Of a stretch of 64,000 nt of DNA, positions 61,928 to 64,000 are shown piece by piece. Position numbers and translations under genes: made by a program. Below the pieces are notes generated by a model that did no database searches, was not told the DNA's origin, and worked only from the letters and a program-made list of their open reading frames with translations. Source of the stretch: an uncultured Phycisphaerales bacterium. Its GTDB lineage: Bacteria; Planctomycetota; Phycisphaerae; Tepidisphaerales; Tepidisphaeraceae. The stretch spans positions 864,001 to 928,000 of the forward strand of contig CAVWLP010000002.1 of NCBI GenBank assembly GCA_963755915.1, in the 5' to 3' direction. Each line of letters begins with the position of its first letter. Position 1 is the stretch's first letter.

Positions 61928-62443
61928 ATGGTGGAGTTGCCCCCACAAAGTCGCATTTCGCTACGCGTGGACCGCGAGGGGATGACCATCGTTATTCCAA
62001 AGCCGATGGGGAAATCGAAGGGTAGCTGGGGGCTGGCGGCAATCGCAGCGTTTCTCACCGTTTCGTTTATCGTTCAGGGGCTTCTCAGCGGCAACCAGGC
62101 GTGGACAGGCGTGGGCCTGCTCTGCTTCATCGTAACGGCCTGGCAGCTCATGGCGCTGTGCGGACTGGCGGCAAGGGAGGATCAGACAAAATTGCAGGTT
62201 ACCGGCGAATATCTGGTGAGATTCGCGGGCCCGGCGGATAGCCCGCAGCGGACCGACTGGCAACGGGTGAAGGTATCGGAGCTGAGGGTCGAGAAGGAAT
62301 CAGAATCCAATCGCACCGGGCTGCGAATGCATTTCAAGGATAAGCAGGCGCCGGCGTGGCTGGTCATGGATGGGGATTCGCAGGAGCTGGACTGGGTGGC
62401 GGAGCAGATTCGTAAGAAATGGGGGATGGGAGGGGCGGTTTAA
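61928..62443 (+). CDS. Two-TM hypothetical protein
   Basis: Two TMs then a PH-like beta-rich C-terminus (tentative). Confidence 0.6.
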   Translation: MVELPPQSRISLRVDREGMTIVIPKPMGKSKGSWGLAAIAAFLTVSFIVQGLLSGNQAWTGVGLLCFIVTAWQLMALCGLAAREDQTKLQVTGEYLVRFAGPADSPQRTDWQRVKVSELRVEKESESNRTGLRMHFKDKQAPAWLVMDGDSQELDWVAEQIRKKWGMGGAV

Positions 62444-62532
62444 TTTAATCCGCGGCAAACAATCTGACCCTACCTTACCATTCGAACACCCAATAGAGGG
62501 CATTGGAGGCAATCGTGAACCAAAGGACTTCA

Positions 62533-63459
62533 ATGCGGTTCGTCACTGGCTCGACAAGCCTTTTCAATGAATTCGCTTTAATATTGGGCGGACTCGCGGC
62601 AGCAATCCTTCTTCCTGCCTCCGCGCGTGGCCAAATCTTCGCCAGCAACACCGCCCTCGGGACAATTGGTGAATACACCACGTCGGGAGTCCCAATAAAT
62701 CCCTCACTGATAACGGGGCTTGACGGCGCGGGAGCCATTGTCGCCTCTGGGTCGGACCTGTACTTCGTAACCAATAGCGGCACAACTGTCGACAAATACA
62801 CGACATCGGGGACCATCGTGCAGACCTTCAATGTTAACGGGTTGTCAGCAATATCCGGAATTGCAGTCTCCGGGTCTGATCTGTTCGTCGCGGAATCCCT
62901 CGGCGCCATCCTCGAGTATACCACTTCGGGAGTCCTCCTCAACCCATCGCTGGCCGTTTCGAGCGATCCTTCCAGCATCGCCGTATCCGGATCCGACCTG
63001 TATGTGACGAATCTGTTTGCCGGCACGATCAGCGAATACACAACCTCCGGAACCTCAGTAAACCCCTCACTTGTTTCCGGGCTGGACGATCCCTACGACA
63101 TTGCCGCACCGGGTTCGGATTTGTTTGTTCTCAACGAAGGAAGCGACACGATCAGCGAATTCAATACCTCGGGAGATCCCGTCGATACCGACCTGGTTTC
63201 GGGCCTCGATGGATCGGGTGGAATAGCCGTATCCGGATCCGGCCTGTTCTACGCAAGCTTTGCCGGCGGAACGATCAACCAGTACACCACGTCCGGGGAT
63301 CCCGTCGCGGCGCCTCTGATCTCTGGCCTGCCAGGGGTGCAGGACATCGCGGTTGTGCCCGAGCCAGCGATCGGATCAATCCTCCTGACCAGCGCCGTTG
63401 GAATCGTGATGCGCCGAGCGCCACAAGTTGGCCAGGGTTGCGAACGCCGCTTCAGATGA
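62533..63459 (+). CDS. PEP-CTERM protein with about 40-aa beta-propeller-like repeats
   Basis: Signal peptide; about 6 repeats of GTIxEYTTSG...SLxxGL..GIAVSGSDLxV; VPEP + TM + RR. Confidence 0.88.
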   Translation: MRFVTGSTSLFNEFALILGGLAAAILLPASARGQIFASNTALGTIGEYTTSGVPINPSLITGLDGAGAIVASGSDLYFVTNSGTTVDKYTTSGTIVQTFNVNGLSAISGIAVSGSDLFVAESLGAILEYTTSGVLLNPSLAVSSDPSSIAVSGSDLYVTNLFAGTISEYTTSGTSVNPSLVSGLDDPYDIAAPGSDLFVLNEGSDTISEFNTSGDPVDTDLVSGLDGSGGIAVSGSGLFYASFAGGTINQYTTSGDPVAAPLISGLPGVQDIAVVPEPAIGSILLTSAVGIVMRRAPQVGQGCERRFR

Positions 63460-63485
63460 TACAGCCGGATGCAATACGGTCTAAC

Positions 63486-64000
63486 TCATTGGGCGGGGCT
63501 ACTGTAATCCGGACGCATGACGGGGGTCAGGTCCACGCCGGTCGCGGATTGGACTGACTGGATCAAATCCTGCGCCGTTTGCGGAGGGTGATTGCGCCAG
63601 GCGGGGAGTACTTTAGCAAGCGCGGAATCGCCGGATTTGGTCAGCAGGGTTTGGATCACCAGGGCCCCTTTGGGCAGGAGCATTTCATCATATTGAGCCA
63701 GGTATTCTGGGCGGATTTGCGAAGGGTCGAGGGTGTTGGTCAGGTCGATGGCCAGATAGGGGCGGGGCTCGCCGGGGCGGCCGATGAGCTGCTCCGTCCA
63801 GTATTGCCGCGACATCCCGGTGATTTGCGAGCAATATTTGACGGCAAAAAGGTTGCAGGCGCCGAAATCGATCCACTGAAGCTGGGCGGGGAGGTTCAAG
63901 GGCGCGAAGACGGTTTTATGGATGAAGATCTCCAAGATGTGCTCGGCCTGGTTTTGGGAGAAGAGTGAGATGTCGCCGGCGAGGAGGGCTTCGAGGGTTT
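63486..64000 (-). CDS. Hypothetical protein (5' partial)
   Basis: Open frame running off the window end; no family recognised. Confidence 0.6.
   Translation of the reverse strand, partial: TLEALLAGDISLFSQNQAEHILEIFIHKTVFAPLNLPAQLQWIDFGACNLFAVKYCSQITGMSRQYWTEQLIGRPGEPRPYLAIDLTNTLDPSQIRPEYLAQYDEMLLPKGALVIQTLLTKSGDSALAKVLPAWRNHPPQTAQDLIQSVQSATGVDLTPVMRPDYSSPAQ

Overview
GC-rich bacterial DNA. The gene style (PEP-CTERM/dockerin proteins, ECF sigma factor with a long C-terminal extension, DUF4159 toroid protein, TadG-like proteins) suggests a planctomycete, probably Phycisphaerae/Tepidisphaerales; this is inference. Many conserved genes (gpsA, recJ, tal, plsY, exosortase and others) carry 1-2 nt frameshifts, most likely uncorrected long-read indels, so ORF splits and fusions need caution. 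Main content: a CDO-flavoprotein fusion, a Met/Cys-rich micro-protein and tRNA-Cys; a PEP-CTERM exosortase/EPS export locus (two tandem wza, xrt, epsI, large TPR, wzc); an inactivated IS4 element; housekeeping genes; a HEPN/MNT toxin-antitoxin pair; tandem TadG-like genes; and a heterodimeric ABC exporter. Three items stand out. (1) An in-frame fusion of the RNA-binding regulator CsrA to an intact Zn-dependent cytosine-type deaminase (61132-61848). (2) A lower-GC three-gene operon (wHTH-like, GHKL/MORC-like ATPase with Ig-like domains, wHTH-like) inserted between thiS and thiG, a candidate defence or chromosome-associated system. (3) That operon is bracketed by inverted heptamer-repeat arms that occur elsewhere in the window as 'empty' palindromes at gene ends.
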